In this document: piece by piece, positions 26,201 to 37,643 of the stretch | Position numbering within the stretch: position 1 is the first letter of the stretch | Layout of the letters: each line of letters opens with the position of its first letter | Assembly (NCBI GenBank): GCA_002633005.1 | Contig: NMRA01000168.1 | Span: 65,129 to 129,128, forward strand | Source: Phoronis australis | Taxonomy: Eukaryota > Animalia > Phoronida | Reading direction: 5' to 3' | DNA: 64,000 nt | Position numbers and translations under genes: made by a program | Notes under the pieces: model-generated | The model's input: only the letters and a program-made list of their open reading frames with translations | Told to the model about the DNA's origin: nothing | The model's database searches: none

Positions 26201-26463
26201 ACGTTTGATTACTTTGGTTGATTGATTGAAGTAATTTTTAAAGAGGGCGCTAGCGTAGTTACTCTTCTTTGTAGTTGATTACTTAATTAACAGCAGGTTT
26301 CACTTGTTTAATTAGGGGTTATCATATAATAAAATAATTACTGGGTTTGATTATTCACTTTCCATCTACGCACAATATCAAAGCATGGCTACCTTTCTAA
26401 CAAACTCACAATCAATATCTGACAATGTGTCTGTCATCGGCGAGACGTTGTGTACCTATTGCG

Positions 26464-26735
26464 CATAGACAGATTTAGGGGGGTCAGGGGGTCCGTTCCC
26501 CCTCCCCGTTGGCTGCCGCAAGCAAAATGAATCAGCAACAGCATGAAGCGTGCTGAAGTATTGAGCTCAGCAACTAGGGTCCCATTTTTTTAGTCCACCA
26601 ATGGTTTTCCAAACAGAAGGTCCATATAGTTGGCCCCTGCAACCTGCGGGCCGGCTGTGCCCATACAACTGCGCTTTGCCCAATTACCTAGGCAAAATGT
26701 TGGGTCCCCTTCACGATATCTTAGATCCACCACTG
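26464..26735. mobile_element. MITE with putative 5-bp TSD (hAT5-like)
   Basis: CATAGACAGATTTAGGGG...AGATCCACCACTG; flanks TTGCG/TTACA. Homologous to 2170-2417. Confidence 0.55.
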
Positions 26736-27206
26736 TTACATCATTCCTTTGAGGTGTTACGTGCTTGTGGATGGTCACGTGGTCTCCTGGCATGAAATTT
26801 TCCTTACGTCAAATTTTCCTGAATAAGAAATTTTCCTGAGGTGTGAAGTTTTCATGACGTGTGAAATCTTCATGACGTAATAAATTTTGAGTACTAGCGT
26901 GATGATTTTTTGGTCCTGACGTGTTACGTTTTCGTCCTGACGTGATAAATTAGACATCCTGGCTCATAAATTTTGGGTTTTGAGTGTATTTTTGTTGCCG
27001 CAAAGAATTTAATTCTCGAATAAAATAGCTGTGTCCTAGATTTTTTTCTGCTATGGCTTTCCATAGTCAGCCTTCGTTGATAAAACATTCTATTTATTAG
27101 TGCCATCATTGTGCATCACACAAGACTGCCACCCTATATTCCTTGGTATACCAAACTCGTTTGTTTTTAAGTCCATGTCACAACTAACTGATTTTTTGCA
27201 CTGCAG

Positions 27207-27361
27207 AGAGCTTTTTTACTTACGGTGAAAATGGATACCTGTTCCTAAACAAAGTAAGGGGAAGTTACAATTACGCAGATGCCCAGACGCATTGTCGGTC
27301 GTTCAATGGGGAGGTGGTGGTACCTATTGATGACGCGGAAAACAGATGGATCACGGAAACG
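27207..27361 (+). CDS. C-type lectin gene, CTLD2 exon 1
   Basis: ctgcag|...|gtaatg, phase 1/0. Encodes SFFTYGENGYLFLNKVRGSYNYADAQTHCRSFNGEVVVPIDDAENRWITET. Confidence 0.9.
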
Positions 27362-27670
27362 GTAATGTGGTCATAGTAATTTGCATTCACCCTGAATTTT
27401 GGATTTCCTTTTGATCATTTTGATTTACATATGTATTTCGGAATGCTACGTTTATTGTGTATCTACAGTAAATTTCCATATTCGTAAAAAATACAGTGCT
27501 GGAATTTTCATTTCTCGGGAAGCATTGAGGTATAACTTACTGTTTTGCAATTTGTGGCATGTTTGACAAAGTATGCGTTAGCTAATAAAATTCTGCAACG
27601 AAACGTGTCACTTAAAATTACTAGCATTTTTACACATTGAATGTAAGTAAGAGTTCATTGTGTTTAATAG

Positions 27671-27776
27671 GCTTCGTCACTTGGAATTGCCTTCTCCATA
27701 TGGATTGGAGTTGATGACCAGGCAAACGAAGGAACATTTGTAGTCACAAGAAGTGGTGATCCACCGACGTACACAA
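27671..27776 (+). CDS. C-type lectin gene, CTLD2 exon 2
   Basis: taatag|...|gtaaga, phase 0/1. Encodes ASSLGIAFSIWIGVDDQANEGTFVVTRSGDPPTYT (WIG..D...EG.F). Confidence 0.92.
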
Positions 27777-30700
27777 GTAAGAAGATTATGTTGTAAAATA
27801 CATGTCTGTATTGCCTCCCTAGACACTCGTCCAGCAATTTCGGTGAAATCTCTGCTTAGGGAAAGTAGACAGTGAGTTCTGTCCCATATTTCAACATTTC
27901 AACCTCTCCGACCAATCAGTTGGCAGTGGCAGCCATTTTGCTTGTAACCCTGATAGCATGAGGTCCGGATCATTCTCGCGAAACACTTTAATTCACGTGA
28001 TTTTGTGTGATTTTGTTTTTTGTTAGTTGCTTGCGTATGCATAAAGTACCTCTGGCATCATGCGCCACATGTAGTGTACATGCATGTATGCGTCCACTTA
28101 ACAATTAGTAGCAAAAAGTCCTGCGTTCAGAAAACGCGCTTCTTTTTAAAAGTAACGTTTCCTTCGATGCGTTTCCTTTAAAAGGGCAGAAATCCAATGA
28201 AACTCTAACTCACTTCTAATTTAATCAGTAAACAATCTTTTTAAAGCGTGTTGAAATTTTAGATTGTTTATTGATGTACCTAAACATCAGTAGGGGGGAA
28301 GTTTTTTTCAAGAATTGTGAGCAGGTCCTTTTGTGACCGTGATTCGGAAAATGTGGGCGAAAAATGGCGTGTTTCGTCAATGGAGATTTATCGAGACTGG
28401 GATCGAAACGCATTTGACACTGGGAATCGCGAAAAGGTCAAAACAACAGGAAATGGGAATGGGACCCCTCTTTCCCTCTCTCTGAACAGGTTAATGGTGA
28501 TTCTATTATCATCGGATATCCGTAGATCCGTGAATAAGGCTGTTATCTCGGTAAAATAGTTTAAACCCGCTACAAATTATCTTAGTGAGGTAATTTCTAT
28601 AAATTATTTCTAGATTGGGATGTGCTCAGAATAACTTCGATACAGCATCATTGAGTGCATGTGAAGATGGAGCGGAAGACCAAATTTCTGTCTAGTCTTC
28701 AGACGCTTTTCATGTAACAGACCCCTGTATTCAAAACATTAATTTTCCTTACAGATGTACTCTTTCCAATTATGTTCATTTTTGGCCATGACGGTCAAGG
28801 TTTTATAAAATTCCATCTTTATTACATGTGCTCGACGTTTCACAACTTCCACAGAGCTGTATTATTAAGAGAATGAATTCACACAACATGCGAAACATAC
28901 GGCGGGTAAATTACTGAGGCTATGTGAATAGCTGGATGTCATAGAATGACGACTTTCTATTGAGTTGGGGTTTGTGTGGAAGTAACGAAACATACCTTTT
29001 GCCTAAAGTAATCATCCCCTGTTGCATTCACGTGACCTTCACAAGTATTTGCAGTTAAAATTATATAAATCAGCTGTTAAATAACGCCTGCACGCAATCC
29101 TCTTTTAAATGTTCTTCTGATTGTTGCTTGACCCCATGTCGTATCAAGGTAGTACAATTCAACTTTCCCAATAGAGAAACAGAATCTAAGCATGATTAGA
29201 CATGTTATTATTCGATCGGGAGTGTGTGGCTACACTTCCACGATGCCGCTGCAACAATCACAAAAAATCGTGTACTGTTCTAACGGACATCAGAAGATGG
29301 CCGTTGACATTGGTAAATTAACTGAAATCGATGGTCAATCGAAGTCAACGGCCAATGCTCGCCGGCAGAAATCAATCAGCATTACCCAATGATCTGTCGA
29401 CGTTCTGTGATATTCTGCCGGATATTGAAAATTTTTAACTTTGGTCAATCGTTCACCGATTAATGCCGTCGTCCTCGATAGGCTCCTTCTCCATGGGATA
29501 ATGGCGCGACTGTCGCCTGATTTGGCCATTTATCGCTTGCTGCGAATTCACAGTATCTGTGCCGTCGGAGTTCTGAGTTCTGTCTCTACGCCTAGAAAAG
29601 GCTTGTAGCCAGGGGAAGTGGCGGNAACATACCTTTTGCCTAAAGTAATCATCCCCTGTTGCATTCACGTGACCTTCACAAGTATTTGCAGTTAAAATTA
29701 TATAAATCAGCTGTTAAATAACGCCTGCACGCAATCCTCTTTTAAATGTTCTTCTGATTGTTGCTTGACCCCATGTCTTATCAAAGTAGTACAATTCAAC
29801 TTTCCCAATAGAGAAACAGAATCTAAGCATGATTAGACATGTTATTATTCGATCGGGAGTGTGTGGCTACACTTCCACGATGCCGCTGCAACAATCACAA
29901 AAAATCGTGTACTGTTCTAACGGACATCGGAAGATGGCCGTTGACGTTGGTAAATTAACTGAAATCGATGGTCAATCGAAGTCAACGGCCAATGCTCGCC
30001 GGCAGAAATCAATCAGCATTACCCAATGATCTGTCGACGTTCTGTGATATTCTGCCGGATATTGAACATTTTTAACTTTGGTCAATCGTTCACCGATTAA
30101 TGCCGTCGTCCTCGATAGGCTCCTTCTCCATGAGATAATGGCGCGACTGTCGCCTGATTTGGCCATTTATCGCTTGCTGCGAATTCACAGTATCTGTGCC
30201 GTCGGAGTTCTGAGTTCTGTCTCTACGCCTAGAAAAGGCTTGTAGCCAGGGGAAGTGGCGGGTGCAGACGCACCTTTTCCCACTGGCAGTTAGGCCCGCT
30301 CATGACACCGCGAACGGGCAGTTTAGGTCCTCCTCAATCTGAGTCAGAACAATGTTCGTTTTTAAACTACTCAAAAATTAAGTTTACCATATGTTTCTGC
30401 TTTTAAATTCTAAGATAATGAGAAAATGTTCATAATTACTTCTTCCATGTGGTCATACCTTTCTCAGACGTCTGCCAATTTGCACAAACGTAAGAGTCAA
30501 TTTGATTAATAAGTTAAGGATTTTTGTCCTACGTGAGAGAACTGGTTTTAAGAAAGACACGAATCAAAAATGACTGTAAAAATGACAGATTTGAGCAGTG
30601 CCGGTTCACGATTTCACAGAGGATCGTGAGCTTTAAAAGGATCTTTCAGGACACCGTTTATGTGGATCAAATTAATATAAAGCTCATTTGTGCTTGAAAC

Positions 30701-31332
30701 TGTCGACCTGATAAGCAAATTTCTGTACCAGTCTTATCAACTAATAATGATTTTAAACAGTCGAATAGTAGCAACATTAAACCCGATTTTCTGTCAAAAA
30801 ACGTTATGTTATTGGTCTGAAATTGTTCCTTTGTCAAACTGGGGATAGTTTCAGGGCTTCATTTCGTTTTTTTTTTTCAAACTAGACGTGACTTGAAAAA
30901 TAATGAGCTTGGTCTGAAAAAAATAGAACTCTCCGTTCTTCTCGAGCTTAGAGATCACTTCAACACTGTTAGTAAGTGGACCATGAGCTTTAGGGGAATT
31001 TTCAGGAGTACTGCCACCTGGCAATTTACATTTTTCTAAATAAAGTATTTCTAATTAATAATTTGAAAAAAATCCACACTTTTTAAAACTTGTACGTTTT
31101 TCGTAAGAACAACTTAATGGATTTAATTTCTGCAAATGTTTACCAACATATTGCGTTTTAAGTAACAGCATTAAAGGAGAATGCCACCCGATTTAATTAG
31201 TTTTTTTTACCGTCTTAATCGGTCTATATCCACATCGCCACTTAAATGGTCGACCTTACCTTGCCGAGAGGTGTCGCGTGAGAAACGACGCAGCGACGTC
31301 AGTGGTTCGTCTGCAAAGTTAATGCCGCTACA

Positions 31333-31570
31333 TTGCGGTGCATCGTTCCCGCTTGTCCGAACTATGAAGCTGCGAAGAAAGCGGGTATATCGTTTTTTCG
31401 ACTTCCTGGAGAGCCCGAAATGCTTAGGAAGTGGCTCGCGGTAGCAAAGAATGAAAGGTACGCTGTTAATAGCAAGTATGAGGCCGTGAATCATTCTCTC
31501 CGTGTCTGTGGCCGCCATTTCGTTGACAGTGATTTCTCTGACGAATTCCGGCTTACCAAAGAACTATCCA
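31333..31570 (+). pseudogene. THAP zinc-finger domain of a Kolobok transposase (truncated)
   Basis: CIVPACPN...FFRLP...KW...RVCGRHFVDSDF is a C2CH THAP signature. The nearest ATG (31322) is out of frame. Confidence 0.8.
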
Positions 31571-31700
31571 TGCATTTCGTTGTCTGTGCATGTTCACGGC
31601 GCCTCTGTAGTATTTCTTGATTAGTGTATTCCGGTTCGAACAGATAGCCTGTGAAACCTAACGTTCCGAGCAGTGAAGTCGTTGTCGGGTGAGCTCTTGA
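31570..31700 (-). pseudogene. KolX-like N-terminal fragment
   Basis: Minus strand reads GFTGYLFEPEYTNQEILQRRRE (motif at 31623-31649), resembling the YxFEPEY start of Kolobok second (KolX, P2X7-tail-like) proteins; recognised from memory. Confidence 0.55.
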
Positions 31701-33559
31701 CTAAGTCGGTATTGGCGCCGGGCGAGTTGCCATGTATTCTGCGTTCTGTTTCAAAGTGAATCATTCTCATCCTAACTAATGCTTATATCAAAGTGAAACA
31801 AAATCTGTTTCATTAGATGCAATTGGTAATGCCTTTGCAGTATTCGTGAGTGGAAATGCTGAGAAGCCAGCAATGAATAAACCACTGGTGTTACCGGCTT
31901 TTGATGTCGGCAATAAAGGTAATTGACCGGGTACCGAGGCCGTGTGAGCGCATGCTAATTCAGTGTTTGCTGACAGAAAACTGCTGTGAAACAATTACTC
32001 GATTTTATATGCTGTGGTCACATGTTAATGCAATCTTTATACAAATACATTATTCAAATCATTGTTAATGTACAACCGTTGCCCTGACGGTCTGTAGAAA
32101 GGGAACCCGACTTCGCGGCCCCCGACAAGCAAGTAGATTTTCAGTTTCGTGGCTAATTCACGTAATTAATTCGGTGCACATTATTTCTTTGACTCACTAT
32201 TAGTCTTTTCGGGAATGGAGGTTTAGTTTCCAACTCAAGCTGGTTTATGTTCGTGCCAGTCCCGGCAGCCGCGAGGGGCCTGATAGGGTTCCGAGCCACT
32301 GGCCGGGATAACAAGCGTTCTGTGTGTTTAGAAATTAAAAAATCACAAGATCTAGATTCTCTTGTCTGTATTTCACGGAAGAATACTTCGAATTTATCTC
32401 CGAACAGACCCCAAACTCCTGCTACGGACCTTGGTAAATTGGCCTGCCGAACTTTGTGGGCTACGGTGTGTCCAAATACCAATAAATCCGCAACAGCGAA
32501 ATAAACAACATGTTTTTGCAAGAACTCGGTGTATTTTTAAGGGTTTTACATCGAAGTTTGATGATTAATTGGTGTTAAACGATGACTTCAAGCGATAAGC
32601 TGACATCAATAACCAGTGTTGTGAACTGCTGAACAGACTGCGTGTGAAACCAATGACGTCATTGGATAATTTCAACACCTCCGTCTGCCGTCAGATGTCA
32701 GGTAACGCGAACGAACGTGCCGTTATCGAGTAGAGCTACTCGATCTAAATTGATACAAAATAGGTTGTTTTTTGGGTGGCATGCTCCTTTAACCAATCAC
32801 TGGTACCCTTGGTAGATTCCTAGTGTACAGCTACCTCGAGTACCACAATAACAAATTCTTGGCTGGTAAGCTAAAAGTACCATTAAAACTATCTAGCCAA
32901 AGTTAGGAATGTTTTCCATCTTTTAAGATCAGATTTAAAAATTTGGTCGTGACAAGGCAATCCATGAAAATATTGCTAGCATGCAAAACATGGTCAGAAT
33001 ATTTTTCGCAGTTTCCAGGGTCTTGAAAAAAACATTCAACTTGTTGAGGATTTAATCAATCGTGTAGATTAGAATTACGAAAATTTGTGTATTATGCTCT
33101 GCTTAGTTTGAAAAAATGACGTCAGGGACGAAAGGGAATCATTTGAAAATAATTTCAGTTAAGCTGGCTTGCGCTAAAATTCATGTTGTACTGATTTGAA
33201 CAAAAATGAAGACCAACGAGTATCTAACTTGTCTGCGAGCAATGTACTATAAATAATTTCATTGTTTTTTATCTCTACAACATAAATTACTGAAGGAACA
33301 TACCCACCAGTGAGGAGAAATGAAACTATGTTTGGCATTTCTTATGTTTTCATAAAAAATTCCAACTATTCCATAACACATAATTGGTAGTTTATTTCAA
33401 CAAGTGCCCAACGTAATAAATTTTGGTTGATATCACTTCTACAGTGTATCACATACGTTTATTTGTATTAAAGGCCTCCGGCCCAAAGTACAGTAATCAT
33501 AAATTAAACACGCATATTTGCACACGCAGTCAACCCATTTAAGAGGTGTTCTCTTCTTT

Positions 33560-34690
33560 TAAGGGCAAAATGCACATACCAGTATTTAATAACAGACATA
33601 TCTGGATTAGCTGGCAGGCGTTTACAGGATTCTTGAGTTCGGTGCTTCCACTGAAATTCTTGACTTAATTTCATTGAGGGGTATTCATCCTCTACAAGAC
33701 CATCATTTCAAATCAAACATAATCGCATGTGACACCTGGATTCAACCACATCTCATAAAAACCGTATTTATCATTTTGACTAAAATTGACTAACAGAAGA
33801 TACCCAAATATTTGTTCCGTTTCATTCTAAACCACCTAATTTGTCATAAGACGTTTTAGCGTATCTAGTATGTGGAATTTTCAACATCTGTAGCCAATAT
33901 TTAACACATGTGACATAACACTTTGCATAGAGCGGATAAATTCCACAAGAGCAATTTTAAAGAATTTAACATAATGCTTTTAAGCCATTCATATTCTTTA
34001 AATGCCCAAATTTCGTCACCGTAGCACATAGTTGGCACAGCAATTTTATCACACAGTTCTCAAGTGATAGACTTCCGCGCTTCAGTTTTTAATTTTAGAG
34101 ACAGACATACAAGCAGCTTTATAAACTTGACGTGCCAGATTCTTAGTTGCTTTGAACCAAACTAATGTTGGTGTAAAAAATAATCCAAGATATTATATTG
34201 AAAGGCAATCTCTACTAGTTGATTTCCATAATACCACTTCTCATACGCTCTGAGTGGCCCATTTCTAAAAGCAATGATCTTAGTTTTTTTCACGTTTAAA
34301 TGCACGCCCCAAGAACAGCAATAATCATGAAGACAGTTAAACATACTTTGCAAATTTTAAAATGTGAGTGCTCGAGCACAGAACCGTGTCATCAGCATAC
34401 AACAGCGATTTGACTTCCGTCACATCTTTATTGAGATAAATCCTTCTAATGTTTTGGGCATTATCTAGGACTTCCGTAAATTCGTTCAGATACATGATAA
34501 ACAATAGTGGGCTGATCATACACCCTTATCTGGTGCCGACAGAACAGTCAAACAAGTCGGTTAACACTTCTCGAGTCCTTACACATGAACGTAATTTTCT
34601 GTACATATATTTCATAGACACTGGTTTTTAGTAATCTATATCATAGCAGCATGAGAGGAAGTCTGTCAAAAGCCTTCGAAAAGTTAGCCT
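33560..34690 (-). mobile_element. Degenerate non-LTR retrotransposon RT fragment (CR1/L2 group)
   Basis: SPLLFIMYLN...LLYADDTVL and LHDYCCSWGVHLNVKKTKIIAFRNG in adjacent frames. Confidence 0.85.
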
Positions 34691-35045
34691 TTATGAAACT
34701 CTAGAGTTCTGTTGGTACATGTTTTACCCTAACACTTGTCAAAACAACTTAAGCAAAATAAAACTGAAAACACACTTTGCCACAAACAACATCAGTTGTA
34801 CAACTGAATATGAAAGGTGACAGTGGTTCATTAACCAAACTCATCGGCAAATTACTATTAAATGTCCAACTTTACATTCAAATAGGGCATCTAGGAATGA
34901 GATGAAAAACGTATTCATGGGACAGTTTTGAGCTCTCACTGTGAGCATAAAACTCCCGTCATGTGAGAATTGGTTACTTAATCATTTATTTGATGGCAAT
35001 TCGGTATATTGAGAGGCAGTCATCAATTTAATCATTTATGCGCAG

Positions 35046-35168
35046 ATTGGGGTGGAGGTGAACCAAACAATGTTGGAGGTTCTGAGGACTGCGTGACGTT
35101 AACTAATGCAGGAATTTGGAATGACATCCACTGCTCCAATGAATACAGTCTTGTATGTCAAATACCAG
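35046..35168 (+). CDS. C-type lectin gene, CTLD2 exon 3 (EPN/WND)
   Basis: gcgcag|...|gtaaag, phase 1/1. Encodes WGGGEPNNVGGSEDCVTLTNAGIWNDIHCSNEYSLVCQIP. Confidence 0.93.
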
Positions 35169-35689
35169 GTAAAGTACAGGTGTGCGCTCTCTGTAACAAC
35201 ACAGTAATAGCGTTTTTCATCTTTTGCCAAGCGACTGTGAGTTTTGTGTCTTTTAATTACCAGAATTTAAGAAAAAATCAAATAAACCAAACCAGAACAA
35301 TAAGTATGGTACGTCTTTTTTCAAAAGCCACAAACGGTACGGGCGCAGTGTGGAATGAGGCAAAAGATTAGGTAATGTAACAGAAGGAAACGGTATATTT
35401 TGCATTGTGCACATCTCGGGTTTACTCATGTTCGCGGACTGGACGGCTGGTCGGTCGACTTCCTTGTCTATTCTTACCTAACGTTACATTATATAATTTG
35501 TCTCAATAAGCTTTATCCCACACTCATGAACGACCTACGCCCGTGATGTTCGAAACTTTTTGAAATAAGCTCGTATTTGTTTACATCAGTTTTATGCGCC
35601 TACATGTTCATGTGGGTGCTTGTTGCCCTCATCTCTGCCTGGCGTCCGCTGCTGTATCTTGTAAACGTCTTGTTTGCCGGCTCTTAATT

Positions 35690-36515
35690 GGCAGATGCGT
35701 TCCTATGAAGCTGATGACCGACAATAACGAGTTTCGGACCGATCAGACTACATTTCTGTCACTAGTGGCAATTTTAGTTATTTTAAGTTTGCCTCAGTGT
35801 CTTTGAAATTCTTTGATGAATTTTCAAGAAGTTTTGGAATAGACTTCTGTCATAGAGACTACCACGCTTTTACATTTTTGGACGGATTTGACGTATTCTG
35901 GGTTACCTGGTGGGACTTTTAAAGATTCTTGAGTATGTTTTTGACGTTTGCCCCTGTATCCGCCAAACCGCTCATTAAGGCTCATTATCAAAATCGGCGG
36001 ATGTGTTTCTGATGAGAAGACCGTGGTTGACGTTGATTTGGCGCCCCTAACTTATGGCACTTTTTTGCGTCCGTGGCTGTATCTTTTCAACCCTATGGAC
36101 GACCTTTGTGATGTAGTGGTGATTGTGTATTTTAGACATCATTGTTGAGTTCCTGACTCCTTTGCATGCGTGATCTTAATGAACTTTTTTAGTTATGAAA
36201 TTTTTGAGTTTTTCCTCAGAAAATGTGACAATGACTGCCAACTGATGGCTCTGACTATAGCTGTAGTCCCCAGTAGTCATTTTAGTTTTTACGTTTGCCT
36301 CTGTATTCTTAGAGGTGTTGGGCGGATTTATATGAAATTTGGCAATTCGTTTTTGTGTTAGAAAAAACGACGATGTGGTTCTAATTTCTGACAAGTTAGA
36401 CGCATTCTTTGTTAACTCAGTAATGGTCATTTTTACGATACTACAAACACCCCTAGAATCACACCGTTTGCGGTGCAGTCGGGCTTACATTTCAGCGCTT
36501 CGCATTGCTCTTGTA
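35690..36515 (-). mobile_element. Interspersed element with internal tandem units (Helentron/HINE-like; same family as 57230-57920 and 61679-63300)
   Basis: Minus-strand start ACAAGAGCAATGCGAAGCGCTGAAATG matches ACAAGAGCAAACCAGAGCGTTGAAATG at 61679; internal motifs are shared. Confidence 0.55.
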
Positions 36516-36623
36516 TAATTTTTTATTGTTTTGGTCGGTAAAGGATACCTCCTTCTTCAACCAACAAAAACGGAAAAACATGTGTGAGGGCCAGTGTTAT
36601 TAACAAAAAGGCGTCCCCCAGAC

Positions 36624-37153
36624 ACTCGCTGGTTCCCTGCTTGTCACTAGGTGGTAGAGAGCACGCAGGTATCATTTATTTTTGCGGCGTTTCTGATTAG
36701 CTGGTCGAATTCTCAATAGGTAGCGCTTTACGCAAATAAACTGGCATGGCTGATGGAGGAAGTGTAAATTTGGTCTGTTGTACAGAAAAACCGATGCTTA
36801 ATTCATGTTCAAGAAATGTGAATCCCAGAAAATTGTGGTTGCGCCTTTTCGGGGTGCATCTTTCTACTGTTGTTCGACTTTTGTTTACGTTGCTGTCCTG
36901 TATTGACACAGCATAACACGCCGGTTAAATCGGCCAGATGTGTGTCTATTGTACGCTTCAAGCACGCGGCTATTAAACATTACTGCAGAAACGAAATAGT
37001 TGCTGTTGCGCTACTTGCATGACAAGGATAAAATTCGCACATAGTCCATCATTTTCTTTCTTTGTTGTAAAGCTAAGGATACATCAACCAGTGATAAAGC
37101 ACGTGCTACTGCATGATACTTGGGTGCTCTCTACTCGCAAGGAACCAGCGAGT
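36624..37153. mobile_element. MITE with perfect 8-bp TSD CCCCAGAC
   Basis: ACTCGCTGGTTCC...GGAACCAGCGAGT plus subterminal TAGAGAGCAC/GTGCTCTCTA; CCCCAGAC at 36616-36623 and 37154-37161. Confidence 0.8.
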
Positions 37154-37429
37154 CCCCAGACAGAGCAACCATACGGGTTTCAGTAAGAAATTGAGAGCCT
37201 TGTCAAAAGTACAAACTGTGTCAACTGCAATCTAAATGGGACTCCTGAGCTGACAGCAGATCTTCACCGCACAAACTATGAATCTTTCCAATATCAGACA
37301 GGCTTCTATATTAGTTATTGTTGCCATTCATCACAAGCCATGAAGAAAATGGCGTCTGCTACTGCATATTGAAACAGGTAGTCTGAAGAAAATTCCTGAC
37401 GACTTTTCAGTCAGCTACATTACGAAAGG

Positions 37430-37643
37430 AGATAATTCAGTGGAAAGAATCAAGAGAAGAGTCTTAACTTACTGTCTGCAAGGTTACATCCACGACATAA
37501 GAATTCATAGTGGCGAAAATGAAATAAATGTAAAGGTCCAGTGCTGGGGATCCATGCGCCAGCCAGAGAAGCCGCATGGCATACGCATGCAAATTGCTGG
37601 AAACGAGGTTTTAGATTCGTTTTGTTCTTGCAGTGTTGCTTAA
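37430..37643 (+). pseudogene. Transposon-derived SWIM-finger-type fragment (ISL2EU/IS4EU exonuclease-ORF-like)
   Basis: YCLQGYIHDIRI...VKVQCWGSMRQPEKPH...VLDSFCSC resembles the pre-SWIM/SWIM region of YqaJ-type ORFs. Weak transposase-like remnants lie on the - strand at about 38100-39300. Confidence 0.5.

Larger units (their letters stand above)
31175..32788. mobile_element. Kolobok deletion derivative with THAP (+) and KolX (-) remnants
   Basis: TTAA|AGGAGAATGCCACCC ... GGGTGGCATGCTCCT|TTAA (14/15 TIR match), with convergent THAP and GYLFEPEYT fragments. Confidence 0.85.

Noticed and set aside
28989-30261. 636-bp tandem duplication with twin ORFs (MIRHVII..., MAKSGD...)
   Set aside because: The copies meet exactly at an N (29625) and differ by a few SNPs, as expected for overlapping haplotype contigs. 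The ORFs have no recognisable motif.
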